Source of the DNA: Vicinamibacterales bacterium
GTDB taxonomy: Bacteria > Acidobacteriota > Vicinamibacteria > Vicinamibacterales > 2-12-FULL-66-21
Reading direction: 5' to 3'
DNA: 64,000 bases
NCBI GenBank assembly: GCA_036496585.1
Contig: DASXLB010000037.1
Coordinates: 3,497-67,496, forward strand
Every line of letters starts with the position of its first letter. The stretch's first letter is position 1. The translations under genes were made by a program, and so were the position numbers. The notes beneath the pieces were generated by a model, which saw only the letters and a program-made list of their open reading frames with translations, searched no databases and was not told where the DNA came from. Shown here one piece after another: positions 1-9,400 of the stretch.

Positions 1-2
1 CG

Positions 3-800
3 ATGCTGCCGCTCGTCGAGCAATTCGCCGAGTCGGGGCCGCCAGGTCAGTCAATGATCTTCCGGATCGCCGGCGGCAACGACCGTCTGGCGACCGGCAT
101 CGTCCGGCGGCTGCGCGGCGCCGTGCTCCTCAACAGCATCGTCCGCCGCATCGCGCAGCACCAGGACCGCGTGACGGCGACGATCGAGTCGCTCGGCAAG
201 CCCCAGACCGAGATCACCGCCGACTATCTGGTGTGCGCGGTCCCGGCGTCGACGGCGCGGGCGATCGTCTTCGAGCCGTCGCTGCCAGAGCCGCAGCAGG
301 ATGCGATTCTGCATCTGCGGTATGGGTGCGCGACGCGTCTGCTCCTGCAGTTCGACCGAAGATTCTGGCGGCGCCGAGGCCGGCCGAACGCTTTCGGAAC
401 CGATCTCGAGACGGGCGCCGTGTGGGACGGCAACGAGCAACAGAGGGGGCCGCGCGGCATCCTCAGCTTTCTGGCGGGCGGCGGCGCCTCGCGGGCGCTG
501 CAGGACATCCTGCACAGCGAAGGGGAGCGCGGCGTCATCCAGCGGCTTGGCTGGCTCGGCCGCCCGTCACGCCTGCTGGCGTCGCAGACGGTCGCGTGGG
601 ATCACGATCCGTGGGCGCACGGCGGCTACGCGTACTTCGATCCGCAGTTCAATCCGTTGTGGCGCGCGTGGCTCGCGCGCGCCACCGGCCGACTCGTGTT
701 CGCCGGCGAGCACACCAGCATCAAGTACCAGGGTTACATGAACGGCGCGATCGAGACAGGCCTGCGCGCAGCAGCGGAGATAGCCGCGCTCCACGATTGA
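3..800 (+). CDS. Flavin-dependent amine oxidase family protein (5'-truncated by window)
   Basis: C-terminal motifs WDHDPWAHGGY and LVFAGEHTS...GYMNGAIETGLRAAAEI are typical of the flavin monoamine oxidase family. Confidence 0.85.
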   Translation: MLPLVEQFAESGPPGQSMIFRIAGGNDRLATGIVRRLRGAVLLNSIVRRIAQHQDRVTATIESLGKPQTEITADYLVCAVPASTARAIVFEPSLPEPQQDAILHLRYGCATRLLLQFDRRFWRRRGRPNAFGTDLETGAVWDGNEQQRGPRGILSFLAGGGASRALQDILHSEGERGVIQRLGWLGRPSRLLASQTVAWDHDPWAHGGYAYFDPQFNPLWRAWLARATGRLVFAGEHTSIKYQGYMNGAIETGLRAAAEIAALHD

Positions 801-825
801 ATCTCTGATTCGGATCCGCGCGGCG

Positions 826-1344
826 TCAGGCGCCTGTCGTATCCCCCACGATGTCGACCAGCGCATCCCACGTCTCGGGATCCTGCGACACCAGCGTGGA
901 GAAATAGAGCATCACGTCTTCGGGCCGAAACTTCGTGGTGAGTTCCTTCGCGGCGGTCCTGACCTTCGCGGCGTCCGGCTTCGCGGGGTTGTCGTCGTTG
1001 ATCAGGCCGTTCTCGTGCGCGATGCCGAGCAGGTCGAGGAAGGCGCCCATCATCGGACGCTGGCGCTCGAGATGGTAATTGACGAGGGCGCGTGCTGCGA
1101 TCGCGTCCGACAGGTTGGGCAGGGTCGCCAGGTATTTGGCGCGCCGCTCGGGCGGCAGGCCGAGCACGCTCTTCGCCCGGAACTTCATGTGCGTGGCGAT
1201 GGCGGCGACGGCTTCGAGCTGCTGGTCGGCTGATTGCTCGTCGTTCCAGAAGAGATCCGCCGCGTCGGTACGATTCTCGATCGGCATCCGTCGCCACAGG
1301 CGCGACGGACGGAAGCTCGCCAGGTCCCGGTCCATGCGCTTCAT
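826..1344 (-). CDS. Hypothetical alpha-helical protein
   Basis: Protein-like composition from MKRMDRDL onward; the upstream part of the 826..1521 ORF overlaps the MFS gene, so the start was moved to ATG 1344 (or 1335). Confidence 0.7.
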   Translation of the reverse strand: MKRMDRDLASFRPSRLWRRMPIENRTDAADLFWNDEQSADQQLEAVAAIATHMKFRAKSVLGLPPERRAKYLATLPNLSDAIAARALVNYHLERQRPMMGAFLDLLGIAHENGLINDDNPAKPDAAKVRTAAKELTTKFRPEDVMLYFSTLVSQDPETWDALVDIVGDTTGA

Positions 1345-1410
1345 TCTAGCGTGATTGCGCCGGCGGCCGTCGGATCCGGCGTCCAGGGCAATCGCCGCCG
1401 TCACGCTAGA

Positions 1411-2607
1411 ATGAGCCGCTTGCCGGATCGTCTGTTCACGCCGCGTTTCTTCGTGATGTGCGGCTTCTCGTTCACGGTGTTCCTCTCGGCATTCCAGCTC
1501 CTCCCGACCGCCCCGTTTCACATCCTGGCGCTTGGCGGCGGCACCGCGGCGGCCGGTCTCTTCCTCGGGTTCCTCACCTACGCGTCGGCGTTGTCGGCGC
1601 CGCTGACCGGATCGCTGGCCGATCGCGCGGGACCGCGGCGGATGTTGATCGTCGCCAGCGCCGCGATCACCGCGTTCTCGATCGCCTACGCCTGGATTCC
1701 GAGCTATCAGCTGCTGCTCGCACTAGTGCTCGTGCACGGCGTGTTCTGGTCGGGGCTGCTCACCGGATCGGCGGCCTACATGACCAACATGCTGCCGGAG
1801 AGCCGCCGCGCCGAGGGCATCGGCTACTGGGGTCTCTCGACGATCGCGGCGATCGCCGTGGCGCCGTCGATCGGCTTCTGGGTCTTTCATTTCGGGTGGC
1901 GCGCCCTCTGTCTCGAGGCGGCGGCGCTCAACGTGGCGATGGGCGTCATCGCCTGGAAGCTGCCCCCCGAGTTCACGATCCACGCCGAGCCCCATCCTCA
2001 CCACCGGCGCCGGCTGATCGAGTGGCGCGTGCTGATTCTGTCGGTGACGCTGTTTCTCTACACCTTTGGCTACGGCGGCATCACCAGTTTCACCGCGCTC
2101 TACGCCGACGCGAATCACGTCGCGCCAAAGGGGATCTATCTCACCGCGCTGGCCGTCGTGATTCTCTTGACCCGTCCGATGTCTGGGCGGCTGGGCGACA
2201 GGTTCGGCTACCGCCGCGTGTTCCTGCCATGCTTATTGCTGATTGGCGCCGGGCTGTCGCTCCTGGTGATGGGCGGGACGCGGGGCTGGCTGCTGGCGAG
2301 CGCGATTGTTTTTGGCGCCGGCTTCGGTACCGCCTACCCCGCCTTCGTCGGCTACGCCCTGCGCAACGTTCCGGCGGTGCGCCGCGGCGCCGCGTTCGGC
2401 TCGATCCTCGCCTGCTTCGACATCGGCATCGGCACCGGTTCGACGAGCATGGGGTGGATCATCGAACACCACGGCTTCTCGCGCGCGTTCGGCACCGCGG
2501 CGCTGCTCTCGGCGCTCGCCGTGCCCTACTTTTTGCTGGCCGATTCGTTACTGCGACGCCAAGACACGAAGCAAACAGGAGCGCCAAAGAATCTCGTTCC
2601 TTCGTGA
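1411..2607 (+). CDS. MFS transporter
   Basis: About 12 hydrophobic segments; motif-A-like GSLADRAGPRR and GRLGDRFGYRR; start moved to ATG 1411. Confidence 0.9.
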   Translation: MSRLPDRLFTPRFFVMCGFSFTVFLSAFQLLPTAPFHILALGGGTAAAGLFLGFLTYASALSAPLTGSLADRAGPRRMLIVASAAITAFSIAYAWIPSYQLLLALVLVHGVFWSGLLTGSAAYMTNMLPESRRAEGIGYWGLSTIAAIAVAPSIGFWVFHFGWRALCLEAAALNVAMGVIAWKLPPEFTIHAEPHPHHRRRLIEWRVLILSVTLFLYTFGYGGITSFTALYADANHVAPKGIYLTALAVVILLTRPMSGRLGDRFGYRRVFLPCLLLIGAGLSLLVMGGTRGWLLASAIVFGAGFGTAYPAFVGYALRNVPAVRRGAAFGSILACFDIGIGTGSTSMGWIIEHHGFSRAFGTAALLSALAVPYFLLADSLLRRQDTKQTGAPKNLVPS

Positions 2608-2622
2608 CGCCTCCTTCGTCCC

Positions 2623-5241
2623 TTAAAACCCAATGCGCATACCGACGTCGATCTTCCGTGCGGGCCCGGCGGACGTCGGCTGCAGGAAGAACGGCGAGGT
2701 CATCACGCCCGAATAGCCGGTCAGGTTCGCGCGATTGAGCAGATTCGCGGCCGAGATGTACAGCTCGAAGCGCACGTGCTTGTCGTCGGCTCCCCCGCCG
2801 GCGAGACCGCCGAGCAGGTCGCCGGCGCTGCCGCCGCCGCCGGCTTGACGGACCACGACGACCTGCTGCCCGCCGCCTGCCGCCTGCGTGCGGCTGCCGA
2901 AGCCGAATGCGTAGGTCAGCCGTCCCGCCACGTCCCATGCGCCGGCCGTCGTCGCCGTGTTGCGGCCGATTCCTGCCGGTCGATCGGTGAACGCCGTATC
3001 GCCGTTGTCGTCGCGGCCGCTGGTGATCGTGTAGGGCAGTCCCGATCGCGCCAGCGTTGACAGACCGAGCCGGAGATGGGCGGTCAGGTTCGTGCTGAGC
3101 GCGGCGCTCGCCGTGTGACGCGGCACGCCGGTGGCTCGAGCCCACTCGGCCGCCAGATCGTAGTTGTCGGCCGGCAGCGAGAACGGCCCATCGGCGTCAT
3201 TGCGCTGATCAGTCCACGCGTAGTTGGCGAAGAGGAACAGCCGCCGCGCCGGCAGGTTCCAGTTGAGTCCGACGTTGACGGCATCCGCCTCGAGCTTCCC
3301 GGTCGACTCGACCTCCGTCACGGTGCCGAGCGACGGATCCGGCCTGATCCCGTCGAGGGGAGCGTTGACGTTGCGGCCCCGGAAGCGATCGCGGGCACGG
3401 CGATGGCTGTAGCTGGCGTTGACGTTCAGCGCCGATGTCAGCTGCTGCGTCACGGCGAGCAGCCCGACCGTCTGCGCGGGCATCACCAGGCCGCTCGCCA
3501 GTCCATATCGGCTGGACGGCAGCACCTGCTGCTCGGCGCCACCCCCCAACGGATCCGGATACCCCGGATTGACGATGACGAGATCCTGCTGGTGGACGCC
3601 GTCGACGCGCAGCGTCTGCTCGTAGGTGTCGGCGTCGAGCCAGTCGTAGAAGACGCCGCCGCCGGCCCGTACGGTCGTCCGGCCGCTCTTGAACGGCGAC
3701 CAGGTGGCGCCGCCGCGCGGACCGAGATTCAGGCGATCGCCGAGGTGGGTCTGCAGTTCCTGGCGCAGGCCGGCGCTGAGGGTCAGGTTCTTGCGGGCCC
3801 GCCAGTCGTCCTGCGCGTAGAGTCCCGCCTGCCACATCGAGTAGACCACCAGCGGATCGCCGAATCGCCGCGTGTAGTTCGACGGCTGGCCGGCGTCATA
3901 GTCGGCGAGGCTGCTGAACGTGAAGGTGCCGATGTAGCCAGAGCGGGCGTTGCTGGTGTAGGACCCGCCGTTGACGAGCGCGCCGAGGCGAATCGCGTGT
4001 GCCTTGCGCGCGTAGTCGATGTCGCTCGCGAGTTCGACCTCCGTGCTCCTGCGGCCGCCGTCCTGCTGCGCGCCGCCGGCCGTGAAGGCGTCGAGCACCT
4101 GCACGGTCGGCGCTTGAACGGCTGGAATCGCGTTACCCGTCGCGCGGCGGACCTGGGCGCGCGTGGTTGCGAACCAGTACTTCGAGATCGGTCCGTTCTC
4201 GGAGACTCGCAGCATGCTCTCCGAGTCGGTGCGCGTATAGGCGCGCTCCTTCAAGTCGTAGCCGCCGACGCCGAGGTTCTCCTGCGTCCCGTCCGTGTGC
4301 TGGAACGAGCCGCGCAGCGAGTGGGACGGGCTGAGCGCGTGATCGATTCGGAGACTGGCGTTGGCGCGCGACGAAGGGCGCCGCACCGAGGAGGTCAGCG
4401 TGTCGTCGCCGGGAACGGCCGCGAAGACGTTGGCCGCGTCGAAAGCCGAGGCGCCGCCGCCCGCGAACGAGAACGACGTCCGCCCCTTCAACAGGGTGCC
4501 GCTCAGGTTGGCGTTGTACTGCTGGCTCTGCTCGGGCGTTTTTTGCGGTTGAAACGCGTTGCGCGCGTTCAAGGCATCGTCGCGGAACGTCATGTCGAGG
4601 CCGCCGCGCAGCGGTCCGAGTCCTGGCTGAGTGACGATATCGATGAACGTGTGGCCGGCGCTGTGATTCTCGGCCGCGAACATCGCCTGCGAGAAGCGGA
4701 TCGAGCGAATCTGTGACTTCGGCGGCAGCTTGCCGCCGCGGAATCCGTCGACGCGGAGCAGCGCGCCTGGTCCGGCCATCTGCTTCAGCGCCGTCTCCAT
4801 CTCGTCGGGATCGTCTGGCAGCGCGTCGATCTGCGCTTTCGACAACACGTTACTGAAGCGGTCGCTGCGCGGGTCGGACGCGGCTGTGGCGGCGTCGCGG
4901 CCGACCGAGACAGTCTGCGCGATCTTCTCGATCGCCAGCACCGCCTCGCGGCGGTTGTCGCCGGCGCGGACTCGCACGTCGGCCAGGGTTCGCGCTTCGA
5001 ATCCGGGGAACTCGACGACGACGGTGCAGCGTCCGGAGGGGACCGTCAGCGTCGCCACTCCCTGGGCGTCCGACGTGGCGGCGATCGCCATGCCGTCGGC
5101 GGCGACGGCTCGCACCGCGGCGTTCGGGATGACGGCGCCGCTCGGATCCTTGACGACAATGTGGAGCGTCCCGGTCACCTGAGCGGTGGCCGCGGCGGGC
5201 CAGAGCGCGACGCCGGCAAGCACGGCGAGGAGGAGGCGCAC
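2623..5241 (-). CDS. TonB-dependent-receptor-like outer-membrane beta-barrel with N-terminal carboxypeptidase-regulatory-like domain
   Basis: Signal peptide; GTLHIVVKDPSGAVIPNAAV N-domain; AGLYAQDDWRARKNLTLSAGLR and NLGPRGGATWSP barrel motifs; terminal Phe (GMRIGF). Confidence 0.85.
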   Translation of the reverse strand: MRLLLAVLAGVALWPAAATAQVTGTLHIVVKDPSGAVIPNAAVRAVAADGMAIAATSDAQGVATLTVPSGRCTVVVEFPGFEARTLADVRVRAGDNRREAVLAIEKIAQTVSVGRDAATAASDPRSDRFSNVLSKAQIDALPDDPDEMETALKQMAGPGALLRVDGFRGGKLPPKSQIRSIRFSQAMFAAENHSAGHTFIDIVTQPGLGPLRGGLDMTFRDDALNARNAFQPQKTPEQSQQYNANLSGTLLKGRTSFSFAGGGASAFDAANVFAAVPGDDTLTSSVRRPSSRANASLRIDHALSPSHSLRGSFQHTDGTQENLGVGGYDLKERAYTRTDSESMLRVSENGPISKYWFATTRAQVRRATGNAIPAVQAPTVQVLDAFTAGGAQQDGGRRSTEVELASDIDYARKAHAIRLGALVNGGSYTSNARSGYIGTFTFSSLADYDAGQPSNYTRRFGDPLVVYSMWQAGLYAQDDWRARKNLTLSAGLRQELQTHLGDRLNLGPRGGATWSPFKSGRTTVRAGGGVFYDWLDADTYEQTLRVDGVHQQDLVIVNPGYPDPLGGGAEQQVLPSSRYGLASGLVMPAQTVGLLAVTQQLTSALNVNASYSHRRARDRFRGRNVNAPLDGIRPDPSLGTVTEVESTGKLEADAVNVGLNWNLPARRLFLFANYAWTDQRNDADGPFSLPADNYDLAAEWARATGVPRHTASAALSTNLTAHLRLGLSTLARSGLPYTITSGRDDNGDTAFTDRPAGIGRNTATTAGAWDVAGRLTYAFGFGSRTQAAGGGQQVVVVRQAGGGGSAGDLLGGLAGGGADDKHVRFELYISAANLLNRANLTGYSGVMTSPFFLQPTSAGPARKIDVGMRIGF

Positions 5242-5250
5242 GCGCTCCTC

Positions 5251-6204
5251 CTAGCTGCCGCTGTCGACGGCGAACGTCTTCGCGTCGATCTTCGGGTTGA
5301 ACTTGATCTTGGAGACCGTCCATTCCTCGATCGTGGTGCCGCCCATCGCGCGGCGCATCCTGAACGGGAACCGCACGCCGTCGGCGTCCCGCCACTCTTC
5401 GAAGTAGAGCGTATAGTCCGCCATCACCGGCTCCTCGCGCTGCGCGTCCAGCGGCTGTCTGCCGGCATCGCCGCTCGCGACCATCGCGTGGCCGCCGGCC
5501 GGCGCCATCGCGTTCGAGGTCACGACGCGGGGCTGCGGCGCCTTATAGCTGATCATCAGCGGCAGGTTCGTCTCCTCGTCCACGAAGAGCCGCGCCGCCA
5601 GTCCGTCGCCGTTGTGCACTTCGACGACCCAGGCCTTGCCCTCGACCGATTCCGCTTCGCCGAGATAGCCGTAGTCGGCGTGTGCCGCGGGGTGCGCCAT
5701 CGCAAACCAGCCGAGCATCAACCGCGACGCCTCGAGGCGTGCGCTACGGAGCGCCACCTGGGTCATCTGCTGCCGCTGCTCCGGCGTCGGTTTCTCGGTC
5801 GGGCCGCCCGGCATCGGTCCGCCGCCGCCCATGCGGATGACCAGGCCGCCGGCCGCGCCGCCGGCGGCGACGTTCTGCAGCGGGCGATCGCCGTTGAATC
5901 CGGTGGCGCCGCCGCCCGATAGCAGGACCGCGCCGCCGCGCGTGCTTTCGACGCGCGCGTACTTGTCCGGAAGCTCGAGGTAGATCTCGACGTCGGAATC
6001 GAGCTGGATGCTGCCGACGTTGCGCTGCACGGAAGATTGCAGCGCGAACGTCTTCAGCGCGTCGATGCGGCCGCCGCCGATCGCCTTGCGCGTACGGGTG
6101 AGAACCTCGGCGGCCTTGCTGGCCTCCTGTGCGAGATAGACGACGGGCTGCGCGAAGGCAATGGCCGCGGCGCAGCCGACACTGGCGAGAACGCGATACT
6201 GCAT
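5251..6204 (-). CDS. Exported hypothetical protein, possibly LolA-like beta fold
   Basis: Signal peptide; beta-rich segments EIYLELPDKYARVE, ARLFVDEETNLPLMISY, TLYFEEWRDADGVRFPFRM; lies 9 bp upstream of the receptor gene. Confidence 0.65.
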   Translation of the reverse strand: MQYRVLASVGCAAAIAFAQPVVYLAQEASKAAEVLTRTRKAIGGGRIDALKTFALQSSVQRNVGSIQLDSDVEIYLELPDKYARVESTRGGAVLLSGGGATGFNGDRPLQNVAAGGAAGGLVIRMGGGGPMPGGPTEKPTPEQRQQMTQVALRSARLEASRLMLGWFAMAHPAAHADYGYLGEAESVEGKAWVVEVHNGDGLAARLFVDEETNLPLMISYKAPQPRVVTSNAMAPAGGHAMVASGDAGRQPLDAQREEPVMADYTLYFEEWRDADGVRFPFRMRRAMGGTTIEEWTVSKIKFNPKIDAKTFAVDSGS

Positions 6205-6260
6205 GTGTGTGACCTCTCGTGACGAGACGAGTCATCATCGCGGTCCTGCCGGCGCAGGTG

Positions 6261-6288
6261 GTTAAGGTGACGCTAAGAGATTGTTAAG
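6261..6288. promoter_or_regulatory. Three G(T/C)TAAG hexamers at 11-bp spacing; putative OmpR/PhoB-family binding site
   Basis: GTTAAG 6261, GCTAAG 6272, GTTAAG 6283; an OmpR-family regulator gene lies at 12123. Confidence 0.5.
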
Positions 6289-6304
6289 GACGTAAAACCT
6301 TGCG
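6281..6304 (+). repeat. 24-bp direct repeat, left copy (TTGTTAAGGACGTAAAACCTTGCG)
   Basis: Exact match to 10057-10080. Confidence 0.95.
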
Positions 6305-6457
6305 GCGACGGGATTTCGTCGAATGGGTGTTCCGTCAACAACACAGATGCGTAACGATCGGCGCGCTGGATTCAAGCGAGGGAAATCGTCCGCCGATTCC
6401 GCATGTACAGGTATTCGCTGAACCTGAGCGGAAGGCCGCGCCGGCAGGAGCACACCC

Positions 6458-9400
6458 ATGACGACACTCGCCAAAGTCCGATGCTTCGTAGTGGACCGCA
6501 CAAAGGGCACACCGGTCCCGGGCATCGCGGTCGGGCTTGGCACGATGACCGACGCCGGCGACCTCGTCCTGCTCAGCATCCTGTCTTCGGACCGCGTGGG
6601 ATACCTGTCCTTCGACGTGACCCGTTTTGCCGCGCTGCTGGCTGACAGCCGGCTCTGGCTCTGGCCGCTCCTCGATACCGCCAATCGTCTGTCGGCCTCA
6701 CCCCGCGCCGGCGGGGTGTCGCCCGGCAGTGTTCCGCCGCGAGACAACGACAACGTCCCTCCGGGGTTGTCCGATGGCGGAGATTCTCCGTGCGTCCCCG
6801 TGGTGCTGAGCGTGGATGGACGGACGGGCGCCGACGCCTGTGACGTCGCCACCTGGCCGTCGATCCAGAATCCAGATTCGTGTGACTACCAGCAGTCGCC
6901 GGGATCGTTCGTCACCAGACCGCGGAAGATGCTGGGGGACGACTGCTGCGAGACGCTCCTGCCGAGCACGCTCCCCAGCCAGAGCCTCACATTCCGTCGC
7001 GTGATCACTCGGGGGATCGATGTCTCGACCCTCTCGACAGGTACCGCACCGGCCGGCAGCGGTCACACCACCACGGTGGCGCCTCCGCCCCCGCACATCT
7101 CACCGATAGACGTGACGGCCCTGCCGATCGCTCCTCCGGTATCTGGCTTCGCGTACGGCGAAATCCTGGACTATCGACAGGAGTGGTACTCGCTGGGTCA
7201 CTCCCTGGGAGACATCCGCTACAGCCTGGCACTCGCGCCGGGCGAGGCGGTGGAGATCGCCGTTGTCGATTGGTCGCGGCAGGACCAGGTCTCGCGCACC
7301 GACGACATCACCTCCCGCGAATACCTCGCCAATCAGCTGGTGCGGGACCGATCGATCGGCGAAACCGTCGATTCCATGCTCAACGAGAGCCAGGATGGAT
7401 GGTCGCTGATGGGGGGCACCGCTGGTGCGGCCAGCTACAGCTACGGCACGTTCTCCATCGCGGCCGACCACTCCGTCGGCGGATCCATCGCGCACACGTC
7501 GGGCACGCGCAACATCGAAGCCGACTCCCTGCAATCGCTCCACGACCAGACCGGTCAGGCCACGGCCGTCGTTCGCACGCTGAACTCCACCGTGGTGATG
7601 CAGTCGACGCAAGCCGAGCAGAACGTCGTGCAGACGCGTCGGGTGGCGAATCACAATCATTGCCATGCGCTGACGATCGAGTACTACGAAGTCTTGAAGC
7701 ACTTCCGCCTTCGCACGACCTTCACGGGCCGCCGCGCGGCGATCCTGCTCCCGTTCGTGCCGTTTCAGTTCGACTGGAGCCTCGCACTGAGGTTCCAGTC
7801 CGCCCTCGTGCCAGCCCTGCTCGACGCGTCGCTGGCGAGCGCCTTCGATGCCATCTCGCGCTATCACCTTGGGAGCGCGTTGTATGCCGCCGCCACCGCC
7901 AGCACTGTCCACGCCGCGACGCCGGGGTCGACCGCGACCACGCAGTACTTCACGGGACAGAAGAGCGTGGCCGTGGCGGCTGCGAGTGCCAACGATCCGA
8001 GTCTGTACCTGCAGAAAGGCTCGCGCGTGCGGATGACCGCCAGCGGCAAGGTGGGCATCGGGGAACTGGTCGACACCAGCGGCGGCTACGATGCCGACGG
8101 CAACGGCCAGTCCGCCGACAACGGCTGGTATGCGCCAGGGAAGTTCGAGTACTCGCTCATCTGTCGCGTGGGAAGCACGTGGTACCAGGGTGGCACGTCT
8201 ACAGAGTTCGTCGCGTCGGACGATGGCTATCTGACGCTACAGGCCAACGACCACGTCGGGAACTTGAGCGACAACAGCGGCAGCTGGGCGGTCGACGTGA
8301 ATGTCATCGCACCGCAATCCTCACCCGGCGACTCGGTGCCCGCCGTGCCGGACCCGACGGCTCCTCCCGCGGCCTTTACCAAGGACGGAGACGCCTACGC
8401 CGAGAGCCTCTTGCTTCGGCACCTGAACGGCAATCGCGGGTACTACAACCGGGTGGTGTGGCTGGCGCTGGATGATTCTGATCGCCGCCTCTATCTTGAC
8501 GCGGCCCTCGCCGGCGTGCCGGGAATGTCGGCCCAGGTCGACTCGTATCCCCTCGCGGTGTCGGGCAACAGCGTGGCCTTTGGCTTTGACGGACAGACGC
8601 CGTTGTGGTCTGACACGCGCCCCACGGATCCGACGGCGCCCATCGAGACCATCGTCACGCTCCCCACCCGCGGCGTGTTCGCGGAGGCCATGCTGGGACA
8701 CTGCAACGCCTGCGAGCCGCGCGACATCACTCGCATGTGGGACTGGTCGATCATGACCACCGAGGAACCGCCCGCCATCAGTGATGTGACACCGGGCCCG
8801 CGCGGTACGCCGGACACCGTCGCTCCAGGTTCGTTGCCCCAGAACGTCGTCCAGATTTCGCAGCCGCCGGCGGCTCCTGACCCGACCGGTCTGGCGGCCG
8901 CGCTTCGCGTGCTCGGCACGCCGAACGTCTTCCGTGACATGTCAGGTCTGAGCGAGGTCAGCAGTCTGCTGGGCACGCTGGCAAACGGGGCGGTCACCTC
9001 GCTCTCGGGCGCCCAGAAGATCGCGCAGCAGGCGCAGCAGAAGGTGCAGGCTATCCAATCTGGGTCAGCCGGCGGCGCCGGCACATCGACCGGCACCCGA
9101 CCGACGGCCGCTCAAACGTACGACAACCTCACGGCGGCCAAGGAAATCGCCAAGAATGCCGGAACCCTGGGTTGGGATCCGCAAACGACCGCCGAGGTGA
9201 CGAAGGCGGTTGTCATGGGCGATGGGAACCCCGACATCGTCCAGACCGGCGGCGCCGGAGCCAGTGTTGGCGTTGCGGCAGCCCTCGACCTGACAATCAA
9301 GACCGGCGAGGCCGTTGGCAAGCTCCTGGTGCCGTCTGGCGCCATCACGGTCAGCGGCTTCGAGAGCGGACAGTCGCTGCTGGCCGGCGCCTCGGATCCC

